Part shown: piece after piece, positions 1 through 12,654 of the stretch
Numbering within the stretch: position 1 is the stretch's first letter
Layout: each line of letters begins with the position of its first letter
Assembly: GCA_951406725.2 (NCBI GenBank)
Contig: OX597829.1
Location: 31,496,001 to 31,560,000 of the forward strand
Length of the DNA: 64,000 nucleotides
Source: Octopus vulgaris
Taxonomy: Eukaryota
Direction of reading: 5' to 3'
Notes under the pieces: model-generated
Seen by the model: only the letters and a program-made list of their open reading frames with translations
Databases searched by the model: none
What the model was told of the DNA's origin: nothing
Made by a program: the position numbers and the translations under genes

Positions 1-117
1 AAATCTAAGATTTTCTAAAGTTTATCTGCCAATTTTTTCAATTTAAGTACGTAAAAAGGCAACTATAATATGAAAGAAGTGATTGAAAGTTGATTATATA
101 CACCATATTTAGGTGCG

Positions 118-151
<34 letters not shown>

Positions 152-221
152 TATTATATTATATTATATTATATTATATTATATTATATTACATATATAT
201 GTTATATATGTATGTATATAT

Positions 222-404
222 ATTCTTTTATTATTTTACTTGTTTCAGTCATTTGACTGCAGCCACGCTGGAGCACCGCCTTTAGTCAAACATCGACCCC
301 TAGACTTATTCTTTGTAAGCCTAGTGTTTATTCAATCGGTATCTTTTACGGGGACGTAAACACACTCACATCGGTTGTCAAGCGATGGTGGGTGACAAAC
401 ACAC

Positions 405-475
<71 letters not shown>

Positions 476-626
476 CGACGGAAATTCTTTCAGTTTCCAT
501 CTGCAAATCCACTCTCAAGTCTTTAGTCGACCCAAGGCTATAGTAGAAGACACTTGCCCAAGCTGCCATGCAGTGGGACAGAACCCGGAACCATGTGGTT
601 GGTAAGCAAGCATTTTACCACACACG
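222..626 (-). mobile_element. tRNA-derived SINE family A, full length, with internal (TA)n(TG)n tract
   Basis: Reverse complement matches the copy at 46197-46637: tRNA-like head, GGGCAAG CORE-like segment, internal microsatellite, tail ...GCAGTCAAATGACTGAAAC. Confidence 0.85.
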
Positions 627-710
627 TATGCATCTGTGTATGTATGTATGTATGTATGTATGTATGTATGTACGTATATGTATACATGCAGGTATATTAT
701 GTGTGTATAT

Positions 711-767
<57 letters not shown>

Positions 768-930
768 ATTCGTCCTTAGTCGAAATACACCTGTTGTTAT
801 GTACTGTTATTTGTATTTGTGTAACATTCTCTATTTTTTCCCGTCCTAGTTTTCGTATACATTTGCTGCTTTCTTTCAAGGAATCTAATCCTCTTAGCTT
901 AGTTTTTCCTTGGGGTTGGCCAGATTGGAG
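768..930 (+). mobile_element. Short dispersed repeat inserted next to (TA)n, probable pLTR fragment
   Basis: Shares blocks GTGTAACAT, GTATACATT, AAGGAATCTAAT and TTTTCCTT.GGGG.TGGCC with the reverse complement of 22053-22260; both abut (TA)n. Confidence 0.5.
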
Positions 931-1101
931 CAATCTCGAGTATAACCAGCTGAAATCGCCAAGATAATCTGGAACTCGACTAAGGAAAAAAGATTCCGAA
1001 TGACCCGTCCTTGTTTTCTTTGTATCATATATCTGGATGTTTTGTTGTCCCTTCTTGTATCAACTAACTGTCTGAATATTTTGCGTTCTTGTCCCATTTT
1101 G

Positions 1102-1146
<45 letters not shown>

Positions 1147-1274
1147 AATATATGTATATATTTGGTGATGGCGGTAGTGGTGCTGGTGGTGACAAAACAT
1201 GGCGGGGAAGAAAAAAAGAAAGAAAAAGAGGGAAAATAGAGGAAGGTAACAGAAAATAGAAAAAGAAGGAAAGG

Positions 1275-1347
1275 AAGAAGAAGAAGAAGAAGAAGAAGAA
1301 GAAGAAGAAGAAGAAGAAGAAGAAGAAGAAGAAGAAGAAGAAGAAGA
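1275..1347. repeat. (GAA)n microsatellite
   Basis: Direct reading. Confidence 0.95.
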
Positions 1348-1411
1348 GTATTTTGATAGGGAAGAATGAAGTAGGGTGGACGGGTGTTAGAATGGTCAAA
1401 GAATGCAACCC

Positions 1412-1879
1412 ATAACCTGCGTGACCTCCTGGTCGACAGTTTCTTCCCTACCCCTGCCTCCCAGCCTGGCTCCTTCCCCTGCTCCCGTCCACGCTGTCGC
1501 ACCTGCCTCTACCTCTCCAACACCACCATCCTTACTGGCACCATCCATACTGCCACCATTCTTTACTGGCACCGACTCCTTTACCTGGACCACTAGTAAT
1601 GTTATTTACTGCATCTCCTGCTCTCTCTGTCTTTCCCTGTATATTGGTCAAACGAGGCGTTGCTTGGCTGACCCGTTCGCGGAGCACCTCCGAGACATCA
1701 GACTCGGTAATGACACCCTGGTCTCGCTCTACTGGTCATTCGCTACAAATCTGTCAGTGTTCGGACTATCTCTGCACAGAGGCCACCTGGACTCCCAGCT
1801 TTGCCGTAAACAGGAATTAATCTTCTCTTTTCGTTCTTTTGCGTCACATAGGCTCAAGTCATTACCTCTCAACATCTGA
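1412..1879 (+). pseudogene. PLE GIY-YIG endonuclease remnant (frameshifted)
   Basis: Homology is split across ORFs 1384-1596 and 1403-1879 and ends ...SLPLNI*. Confidence 0.9.
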
Positions 1880-2820
1880 CAGCAATCTCACACGGATTCC
1901 CAAACACCTCCCACATCCAACTGCCTCCCTTTCACCTACATACCGGCATACCACCTACCGCGGTATTCCCACCACGTACACACCATGCAAATACCCATAC
2001 ACACTGTTCAACTCATTACTCACTTCACACATCATTACACACACACACACACACACCTTCCCACTCCACACACACCGAAAACTTCTCAGCACCCATACTA
2101 CACCCCACACACCATTGTCCACACACCCACACACAATCTTCAATAGCGTCACCACACATACCACTATACGAGTAACTACACACACTGTTAAACTTAGTAC
2201 ACACACCACACACCATCATGCACACTCCCATACTAACACAAGTACATAACGCATTGACACAGACAATATATACACACACGCATAAACATACACAACACTC
2301 ATAAACACATGCAACACGCATAGACAAAGATAATTTCTCCCACAGACATACACTATATACATGCACACGATTTAGTCACAGGCACACACACATGTACACA
2401 CACCATCTGAACCGGCACATATCAACTGCTAAACACAACACACACATGCACGCGCAAACACACACACACACACACGCGCATGCACACACGTACAAACATA
2501 CACGCACGTACACGTTAGACTCGCCCTCATTCACACACTCACGTTAGACTCACTCGTCCCCATTCATACATACACACTCACACACACCATTCTCACATAC
2601 ACACTCACACACACCATTCTCACATACACACATACGCTGGCGCACCTTAGTTCGTTGGATATCACCATTACCTTTACCGTTATTGTTATTTTTATTATCT
2701 CCCTTTCATTCAACTTCCTTCTTCCAGTCAAATCGCCATGCTGGACCATTGAACTCTGCACATTTTTTCACTATACGTTTTTTTCTTTTTCATTCTCTCC
2801 CCATTTTTGTCCTCTTAATC

Positions 2821-2856
2821 CTTTCTGTCGAAGAATGTAGGCTCAAAATGTAAAAG
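2821..2856 (+). ncRNA. Decayed hammerhead-like motif (U6 family)
   Basis: cttt CTGTCGA a gaat-gtag-gctc AAAA tg TA aaag; G12 and stem II are mutated. Confidence 0.5.
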
Positions 2857-2945
2857 ATTTTTAGATTTTTCCTGAGCGTTAAACTAATACACCTGCTTGT
2901 TGTTCCTACACCCGTCTTCGTCTTTTGTTTTCTGTAAAGTTGAAC

Positions 2946-2948
<3 letters not shown>

Positions 2949-3039
<91 letters not shown>

Positions 3040-3113
3040 TACATACATACATACATACATACATACATACATACATACATACATACATACATACATACAT
3101 ACATACATACATA
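2949..3113. repeat. (CA)n followed by (TACA)n
   Basis: Direct reading. Confidence 0.95.
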
Positions 3114-3702
3114 CAGACTCACAGATACAGAAACACAGAAACATACACACATACGCACGAAATCACTTCTAGCATTGTTTTCAATATCTAAAGTATTTTG
3201 GTCAATAACAATACAAGTTTTAGAAAAAGTAAGGAAATGTGAAGGTTTGTGTACAAGGGTAGACAACCTGATGGCAGTTTTATGTCATACCAGTTTTGAT
3301 TTCAAATAACATTTGTGGTTGTTTGTTCAACTACAGCATTAACCAAAAGCACGACAATAGGCCGTGTCCTTTTAAATGCTAACAATGTCTAGTCGACCTT
3401 TTCAAGAAATATGACAAAAGTTAATTGTCTTGGACAAAAGTTTGCTAACCTACTTGAAGAATGCAGGATGAAACAAGTTGACTAACCTATTTTCGGGATT
3501 TTTATCATGAGACATACACGCAGAGAGCATGTATTATGAAGGCACACATGATTAAACACAAACACACACACACACACATACATTAACATATATATATATA
3601 TATATATATATATAACATTTTATTCTTGTTAATAAATCTAACATGATGACTGATATGTGTCTATAGAGAGGTGGACAATGACGGCAACGTTGGCAACGGC
3701 AG

Positions 3703-3703
3703 C

Positions 3704-3750
<47 letters not shown>

Positions 3751-3766
3751 CGATGATGACGATGAC

Positions 3767-3816
<50 letters not shown>

Positions 3817-3823
3817 CGATGAC

Positions 3824-3866
<43 letters not shown>

Positions 3867-3889
3867 GTAATGATGATGATGATGATGAT
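3703..3889. repeat. (GAT)n microsatellite
   Basis: Direct reading; it explains the poly-D/poly-M/poly-S ORFs. Confidence 0.95.
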
Positions 3890-4026
3890 ATCTGCTTATA
3901 CTTCGTCGTCAGTAAAATTTTATCCAACCAGCGTTTTCCAGCCGGAGTTACCCGGAAACCCAAGGTTCCGCAAGAAATCGCTTGTGGCACCACAACAAAT
4001 GGCGAAAAAATAAGCTAATTGCATTT

Positions 4027-4252
<226 letters not shown>

Positions 4253-4561
4253 GTCTTTGAGCTGTCTGACGGATTTGGAATTGCCAAACCTTTCAGATAG
4301 TCTCATGATTTGTTTCACCTGCTATGAAATTTAACTTTATGAAAGGCAAAAAGAACAGTAAAGATACTTAATAAATTTTAGGGGTTAGAATTGTGTTTGT
4401 ATCCTACATCAACTTTTGTTGTGAGTAAATACCGTCTCCAGGAATGAGCACACTGGGAAGTAAACCGGGGCACCAGTGTTTACCTATATTTGCTGTGGCT
4501 TGTCGTCAATAGATAAATACTATAGGGTCCAACGCATTCATTTGTCCAAGCGCCTATAATA

Positions 4562-4965
4562 TTATTTCTTTCTACTATAGGAACAAGGCCCGAAATTTTG
4601 AGAGAGGTGGTGCAGTCGATTGAATCGACCCCAGTATGCAACTGGTACTTAATTTATCGATCCCGAAGGGATGAAAGGCAAAGTTGACCTCGGCGGAATT
4701 TGAAATCAGAACGTAGCGGCAGACGAAATGCCTATTTCTTTACTACCCACAAGGGGCTAAACACAGAGAGGACAAACAAGGACAGACAAACGGATGAAGT
4801 CGATTATATCGACCCCAGTGAGTAACTGGTACTTATTTAATTGACCCCGGAAGGATGAAAGGCAAAGTCGACCTCGGCGGAATCTGAACTCAGAACGTAG
4901 CGGCAGACGAAATACCGCTAAGCATTTCGCCCGGCGTGCTAACGTTTCTGCCACTTCGCTGCCTT
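4562..4965 (-). mobile_element. SINE family B head-to-tail dimer (full copy + 5'-truncated copy)
   Basis: Head GGCAGAAACGTTAGCACGCCGGGCG, B-box-like GAGTTCAAATTCC, core GAGGTCGACTTTGCCTTTCATCCTTTCGGGGTCGAT; junction at 4733/4734. Confidence 0.85.
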
Positions 4966-5357
4966 AAAAGCACCTGTAATATTGCGAAAACAATACTAAT
5001 TATGTGGGGAAGGGGGGTTCTGATGCTGATTTAGTGTTTAACCTACTTTTTATGTAGAGTATGTACAATGTGAGTTGTATGATTTTCTTGGATAATGATT
5101 TTACAGCGTATGAGTTGGACGGGTAGTGCTATTTGATTGAGTATCGAGTGGCGATACTGTAGAGTATGCACTGCGTGGAGTGTGTTAATTGTATCAGTGT
5201 TGCTGTTGTGATGTTGATGTAATGCAGTGGCTGGGCATCTCAGGTTTCTGCATAAATGCGTGATGGACAGTTGCATATAAGCTACCTCATTTGGTCTGAA
5301 ATGTTTGGGGAGAGGAGTCTCTGGTCTATCATTATAGTTATTATTGTTATGTAGTCC

Positions 5358-5645
5358 TAGGGCAGCGGTTTCGTGGTCGGAGGATCGCGGTTTCGATTCC
5401 CAGACCGGACGTTGTGTGAGTTTATTGAGCGAAAACACCTAAAAGCTCCACGATGCTCTGGCAGAGGGTGGTGGCGACCCCTGTTGTACTCTTTCGCCAC
5501 AATTTTCTCTCACTGCCTCTTCCTAGTTCTTGAGTATCGCTGCGATGGACTGGCGTCCCGTCCAGCTGGGGGGAACACATACGCCACAGAAAGCGCGCCT
5601 ATGAGCCTGGCTAGGCTTGAAAAGGTGCGAAGAAAGAAAGAAGTC
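5358..5645 (+). mobile_element. tRNA-derived SINE, distinct family
   Basis: B-box-like GGTTTCGATTCCC, internal GCGATGGACTGGCGTCCCGTCCAG, (GAAA)n tail. Confidence 0.6.
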
Positions 5646-6264
5646 CTAGGACAGCACACAAGGTTGTACTGCGACTCGTCCGGCCGATTTTTCTTGCATT
5701 TGCTGTTTACGTTGAATCATCGGCAAGTTTGTTAATGGGGAAAAGAATTCGTTCTCTGTTTGCCTTAATTTCTTTAACTCTTTCAAATGTGTGTGCAACG
5801 TGGATGTGTGTGTGTAGGTGTGCATGTGTGCGTGCGTGCGTGTATGTGTGCGTGTGAGTGAGTCTATGTGCATGTGTGTGTGTGTGTATATGTGTATGTC
5901 TGAATGTGCGTGCGCGTTTGTGTGTGTGTGCATGTTGTAACCAGTCTTATTTCGGACATTCAGCCTTGTCTGCCCGAGAAGGTTTATTAGTGAGTCGAAG
6001 CAAAATATGAGAAACTGGTTTAAGTTATACCATTCTTATGCAGTACGTAACAACAGAGCCTTGTCCGATCCAAATTCTATCAGCGCTTTAGTATCACCAT
6101 CGTTCGATTATGATCCATTCCTCTCCAGCAGGCATTACCTCTGCCTACATTTGTGATAGTCTTGTACCTCACCTGTTCTAGTCATTAACTGTACAAGAGA
6201 TAGTCCTTTGAAGTCCTTACATTAGCTTCATCCTCATAGCTCTAGTGATCGCTTTTAGCAACTC

Positions 6265-6430
6265 CAAACATAAGTGGCACAAGGCCAGCAATTTTAAGGG
6301 AGAGATAGGTAGATTATGCTGACCCCAGTTCTCAACTAGTACTTTATTGTAGTATTTGAACTCAGTGGTATTTGAACTCAGAACGTAAAGTTGGAATAAA
6401 TGCATTTTCTCCAGACAAAACTGCATTGCA
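6265..6430 (-). mobile_element. SINE family B (alternative-tail variant), decayed
   Basis: Similar to 4562-4733 and 37545-37740. Confidence 0.6.
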
Positions 6431-6845
6431 AAGACAAAATTCTTCTTCATGGAAAGAAGATATTTCAGTTCTTGTCAGCTGCTGAACTTCTCCACCAAAC
6501 GTTTTCAGACACCAAACTGTGGCACACTTTATGAGCTAGATATTTTCTACATGTGTATCGCGATTTTATCGTTTAAGTGAATGAGAAAACATCAGGATAT
6601 TTAGAAAACACGAGTGTTTTTTTTTTAAATATGAACATGTGTATTTGTGACAGACTGCAATATAGGAGGCCATCTCTCTTTTAAATCAGTTTCACTCCTT
6701 GTTATGTGTTTGCGTTTGTGTGGAATTTTGTCTGATCCTCTAATGATTCTGCCAAATCCGTCGTCCCTTCAAAATGTCGACAGTACTGGTGTTTGGTTTA
6801 CAATTAGGGTTACGTTTTATATTTCACTTAGGGCTAGACTGTTGT

Positions 6846-7150
6846 GAAGGCGCGTGGATTCGTGGTCAGGGTATTCGGCTCAAGATTGTAGGATCGTGAG
6901 TTCAATTCCCGTCGACGCGTTGTATCCTTGAGCAAGACGCTTTATTTCTTGTTGTTCCAGTCCACTCGGCTGGCAAACAGGAGTAGTACCTGTTTTCCAA
7001 AGGGCCGGCCTTGTTACACTCCGTGTCACGCTGAATCTCCCCGAGAACTACGTAAAGGATACGCGTGTTTTGGGAGTGCTCATCCACTTGCACGTTAATT
7101 TCACGAGCAGGCTGTTCCGCTGATCGGATCAGTTGGAACCCTAATCGTCG
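6846..7150 (+). mobile_element. tRNA-derived CORE-like SINE family C
   Basis: Head GAAGGCGCGTGG..GAGTTCAATTCC, CCTTGAGCAAGAC, tail TCGTAACCGACGGAGT also seen inverted near 37950-38000. Confidence 0.7.
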
Positions 7151-8123
7151 TCGTAACCGACGGAGTACCAGAGTTACGGGGGTTCTATTTAATGTATTAA
7201 TTAGGGCTTGCTTATAAGGGTTACCAAGTTCAATGTTTCAGTTGGGGCTTGGCTGTTCAAGCTAACCCTAATTAAAAGGTTTAATCAAAATTGAAAATTT
7301 CAGTTTAAAGTTTCTGTCAGGGCTAGGCTTCAACAAAGATAGTTAAAGGAAACCGGAAGTAAGAAAACTAAGAACCAATCTGTCTTTCAAGAACTGTTTA
7401 AATAATTGGGAAAATATGTAGTTCAACAGGTGAATTTTTGTTCTTATATTTTATTTTATTTTCGTTGATAACATTTTTTTCATTCGTATTAGTGACAATG
7501 TTAGTGAGATCGTGGGAAAAAAAAATAACCTTTGCCTCGGTACAGGAAGAAGTAAATGCAAGACCCCCTTGCCCGTTGCATTCAATTTCTTTTCTTTTCT
7601 TATGCAACAAATTTATGGAAATGTTTAGAGCTTTGTATTGTAGTTCAAGTGGAATGTAAATTTACATCTGTGAGCGTGCATAAATGGACATGCATGTCTC
7701 TGCATGATGTGTCTACGTAAGAGTACATTCTCTCTTGTTCTCTCCGTATATACTAGTACGTGTGTGTGTGTATGTGTGTGTGTGCGTCTGTGTGTGTATA
7801 TATATATATATATATACATACACACACGTATACATTCACATATCGCTGTACACATACATAGATCTTTTGTTTTCTTTGCGGTACACTAAAATATGAAATT
7901 GCTTTATATATTCTCCTCATAAAAATGTGTGGAGTATGACAAATATTTGTCATATGTAAAGTTAAACACGATAATATATCTGATTTATCGTACATATCAC
8001 ACACACATACACACAACACACACATACACACACATATGTATGTACATACTTTCATACAGACAGACAGACAGACATATATACCGATTTAGATATATGCATA
8101 CATATATGTATGAATATACACAC

Positions 8124-8216
8124 ATACAAACATACATACATACATACATACATACATACATACATACATACATACATACATACATACATACATACATACA
8201 TACATACATACATACA

Positions 8217-8245
<29 letters not shown>
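8124..8245. repeat. (TACA)n microsatellite
   Basis: Direct reading. Confidence 0.95.
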
Positions 8246-8248
<3 letters not shown>

Positions 8249-8821
8249 GACTTTAATATGTATAATTATTTTATTTATGAAGTATTATTTCGTTTTACCC
8301 ATATTATAATGTTTTATTATAATATTAAACGTACATATTTTTGCAATATCCAATTTAATGAATATTGTTATTACATTTTAGTAACAACATATTTACTTTG
8401 CTCAACTTAACAAACATCATCAATCAATCATTTTAACCTAATTTTGTTTCTTCACAAACTATGATATGGTAGACTAAACAAAGTAAATAAAAATTCCCTA
8501 TGTTGAAAGCACATGATTCTTTTCTACTGTCGTTTTTATTCCAATTATTACTCGATAGGCGTAATAAATAATAAATTTTATCATGTCTGTTTACTATATA
8601 ATTATATTCCATCTTATATAACTTCATTACTTAACTTTGCAGCTTCTCATTCCTCCAACTATATTTTATTTTCTACACAAGCAGTTATGTCTTTTTACTA
8701 TCAAACATTCCGAAACTGAACATTAGTGCGAGATTAATCTTAAGCTCTCAAATTCTATTTCAACATTCGTAAATTTAGAAGCACTTGATTGTTTAACTGT
8801 TGTTATCAGTGGCATCCATTT

Positions 8822-9372
8822 ACTTATTCTCTTATTCTCTTATTCTCTTATATGTTTCAGTCCAATGACAGTGGCCATTCTGGAGCGCCGCCACTGTAAT
8901 CATCTTTCCACTTTCCACCTTTGTCGGAGCGGCTTCTGCTGAAGGATGGAGTTCGATGCTACTGCCCTCTTTTGAGTTTCCTGCTTAGATATTGGCTCAT
9001 CCGGGATCTCGGCGAGCTAGAGGTCAAGTTCACGTTTGAAAACGTCTACATCCACTCCATGGAGGCTCTTCAAATGCTTCGGCAGACATTTAAACAGCTG
9101 TGGGCCCTTGAAACCCAAGCTATTGCAGTACATCATCCTTGCCCGAGATGAAGCAGTCGGCACAGTGAGAACAGCACAGTAACGTCCTGTTCGTGGTCTG
9201 GTAGAGCACTTTATTCCAAAGTTTGGTACGAGTCCTTCCAGTATCTTCCATGTATATATATATCACTGCATACCTCTCCCGCCTTCGTTCCAGGGAATAG
9301 AGCTGCACCTCTTTCAACCTGTCCCAGTAACACAATCGTTCCATTGATGCATGATCTAAAACCATTTCGTTA
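8822..9372 (-). mobile_element. 3' end of CR1-type LINE (RT C-terminus, 3' UTR, terminal repeats)
   Basis: YWDRLKEVQLYSLERRRERY matches the 42126-42404 fragment; ends in (AGAATAAG)3. Confidence 0.85.
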
Positions 9373-9654
9373 AATTCAAGTCCATAACCAATCGATTTGT
9401 TGTTTACTCTTTACTAAAATACGCAAACTATTTCCTATTTTCATATTTTACAGGCACATTCATACAAACAAATAATATGTACATATGTGTGTTTGTTTGC
9501 GCGTGGGACACTATGCGAGTGTATGTATATATGTGTGTATATATATATATGTGTATATATATGTATATGTATATATATATATATGTATATATATATATGT
9601 GTGTATATATATATATATATATGTGCATATATACATATGTATGTGTATATATAT

Positions 9655-9850
9655 AACGGGAAGCTTTAAAATAAACAAAAGACGAAGGCAGGTGGAAAAC
9701 AAACGAACAATTGTATTAGTATGGCGCTCATGAAATATAAATAAAACAAGTCTTTAACGTTTCGAGCCTACGCTCTTCAACAGAAAGATACACAGAGAGA
9801 GAAAAACACAGAAAGAAGGAGAGAAAAAAAATGCGTGCAGTAGCTAACGA
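9655..9850 (-). mobile_element. Solo pLTR of the Neptune-type PLE
   Basis: Nearly identical to 16607-16805 (I see one 2-nt indel and one substitution); 3' end abuts (TA)n. Confidence 0.9.
9751..9788 (-). ncRNA. Minimal type I hammerhead-like motif, CUGUUGA core
   Basis: tcttt CTGTTGA a gagc-gtag-gctc GAAA cg TT aaaga. Confidence 0.7.
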
Positions 9851-10097
9851 ACCTGCCACCCAACTTATTTGTTGTATACATATATATACATTACACACAC
9901 GAGCGCACACGCGTACACACACACAGAGACACACGCCTGCGCGCGCACACACACACACGCACACACACACATAATGGCTGTCTACTCGTTAGACGAGCAT
10001 CGTTGAAAGGTAGTGGCAGCAATGCCTGTGCAAAAGGTTTGAGAGCAGCTTGCACAAAAGCAGAGCGAATCTTTCTCTCTCTTTCTCTCTCTCTCTT

Positions 10098-10158
<61 letters not shown>

Positions 10159-10414
10159 TATGTGGGTACATTACGTCATTACACACCTACATATATATGT
10201 ATTTATATGCATTATATACAATGCAAAAGTCAGTTTTGAAGAATGAAATATCTAATGATTTTCTCATTTAGATCTACGCACGTTTCAACTCCTAAGAGTA
10301 AATTTAGAATATATACAAACAAGTATGCATATCCATGCACACACACATATATGCGTTCAACACACACACATACATACACACACACACTCACACACACGCA
10401 CACGTATTCTTATA

Positions 10415-10762
10415 TTCTTATATTCTTTTATTCTTTTATTTGTTTCAGTCATTTGACTGCGGCCATAATGGAGCATCACCTTTAGTCGAACGAATAGAAC
10501 CCAGGACTTATTCTTTGGAAGCCTAGTAATTATTCTATCGGTATCTTTTGCCGAACCGCTATGTTACGAGGACGCTTGACAACCGATGCTGGTGTGTTTA
10601 TGTCTTCGTAACTTAGCGGTTCAGCAAAGGAGTCCGATAGAATAAGTACTAGGCTTACAAAGAATAAGTCCCGGGGGTCGATTTGTTCGACTAAAGGTGA
10701 TGCTCCATCATGGCCGCAGTCAAATGACTGAAACGGGTACAAGAATAAAGAATAAAAGAATA
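10415..10762. mobile_element. Two SINE A 3' halves in inverted orientation
   Basis: 10415-10560 (-) and 10573-10762 (+) both carry the SINE A tail. Confidence 0.85.
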
Positions 10763-10769
10763 AGTGTGC

Positions 10770-10832
<63 letters not shown>

Positions 10833-11022
10833 ATTCGTTCTGCTTTTGTGCTGCACTCAAAACTTTTGCACAGCCGACAACTGATGAAGGGTCACTCTCT
10901 GTATTACTTGTGCCTTTTTTTCTCTCGTTATTTGCGTATTTAACTCATTTGTTTTCGCATTTCCTGTTGCTTACTGTTGGTGACGTCCTGTACCCATATA
11001 TGCATGTATATATATGTGTATG

Positions 11023-11105
<83 letters not shown>

Positions 11106-11437
11106 GCATATATATATATATGTGTATATATATATATATTTGTATATATATTTATGTGTGTGTGTGTATGTATGTATGTATGTATGTATGTATATCTATA
11201 TGGGAAGTGCATGTGTACGTATGTATACGCATGATGCCCAGATTATTTCATTTCAAGATGCTCCAGCATGGCTGTAGTCCAATGCTTGCTTGAAACAAAC
11301 AAAAGAGAAAGATGATACACACACACACATATATAAGCATACATAGGTATGCACATGTATGCATGCATATACTCACACACACACACACACACAAATGCTT
11401 ATACAAATGAATACGTACATACGCACATTCATGAAGC

Positions 11438-11595
11438 TAGCTCAAATTCCGCCGAGGTCGACTTTGCCTTTCATCCTTTCGGGGTCGATAAATTAAGTAC
11501 CAGTTACGCACTGGGGTCGATGTAATCGACTTAATCCGTTTGTCTGTCCTTGTTTGTCCTCTCTGTGTTTAGCCCCTTGTGGGCAATAAAGAAAT
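11438..11595 (+). mobile_element. SINE family B, 5'-truncated
   Basis: Core and tail ..GCCCCTTGTGGGCAATAAAGAAAT. Confidence 0.85.
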
Positions 11596-12049
11596 ATATA
11601 TGCAAGCAGCCATTAAATTAGACTGACGGACAGGTAGTTAGACAGACAAAGAGACAGTCAGTCAGTCAGTCAGTCAGACAGTCATACAGTCAGGCAGTCA
11701 GACAAACAGTCAGACAGGCAGACAGGCAGGCGACAGATGAACAGGCAGAATGTCAAGCTTGTTTTGACAAATATAATGTGGAATGTTGTTGTTCCTTTTC
11801 AGATCTACTTGAGCAGGTTAACCGACTGGTCATAATTGTGATGTTGCTCAACAACTTCGTTGAACACCTAAACAGCTTTTCATAGTTTCTATTCGTCTTG
11901 TTTGGTTTTGTTTTGGACGACTTTCAATAATGTTCTCTAACAATAAACCCTGTAGGATATTGATAAGACACAACACGACTAAACTTTAAATTTGGTAATA
12001 TATCGCCATTATGTCTGACGGAGTAAAAAGCAAACATAGAGAGATAGAC

Positions 12050-12057
12050 AGATAGAC

Positions 12058-12123
<66 letters not shown>

Positions 12124-12140
12124 GTAGGTAGGTAGGTAGG

Positions 12141-12203
<63 letters not shown>

Positions 12204-12232
12204 GTAGGTAGGTAGGTAGGTAGGTAGGTAGG

Positions 12233-12283
<51 letters not shown>

Positions 12284-12323
12284 TAGGTAGGTAGGTAGGT
12301 AGGTAGGTAGGTAGGTAGGTAGG

Positions 12324-12402
<79 letters not shown>
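12050..12402. repeat. (GATA)n/(GGTA)n compound microsatellite
   Basis: Direct reading. Confidence 0.95.
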
Positions 12403-12583
12403 GGTGAAAAGAAAACGAAAGGAAAAAGAGAAAGGTCATGGAAAACAAGGAGGAAGCGAGAGGGAGGAAGGAAAAGGAGAAGTGGGTGAGATGGGTGTAG
12501 ACCATAGCCTGCAGGGACGTTTCAGATTTAGTATTCATGCTCACATCCACACATAAACGTTTATGAGAATGTGTGTGTGCGTG

Positions 12584-12654
<71 letters not shown>

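Larger units (their letters stand above)
1348..2945 (+). mobile_element. Decayed 5'-truncated Neptune-type Penelope-like element (Cys linker + GIY-YIG + CA-rich 3' UTR + pLTR)
   Basis: HNLRDLLV..SFPCSRPRCRTC and IYCISCSLCLSLYIGQT match the ORF at 17570-19225; the 3' end resembles the pLTR at 16607-16805. Confidence 0.9.

Noticed and set aside
3927-3975. Possible hAT MITE terminus (CAGCGTTTTCCAGCCGG..GGTTCCGC)
   Set aside because: No matching opposite end or TSD found
6800-7330. Scattered TTAGGG/TAGGGCT-like words flanking the SINE
   Set aside because: Not tandem, so not an interstitial telomere; no element boundaries found
9985-10015. TGCTCG/CGAGTA hairpin flanked by partial core-like bases on the minus strand
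   Set aside because: Too many core mismatches and no stems I or III
10878-10905. CTGATGAAGGGTCACTCT
   Set aside because: Core 5' half only; no GAAA or stem III follows
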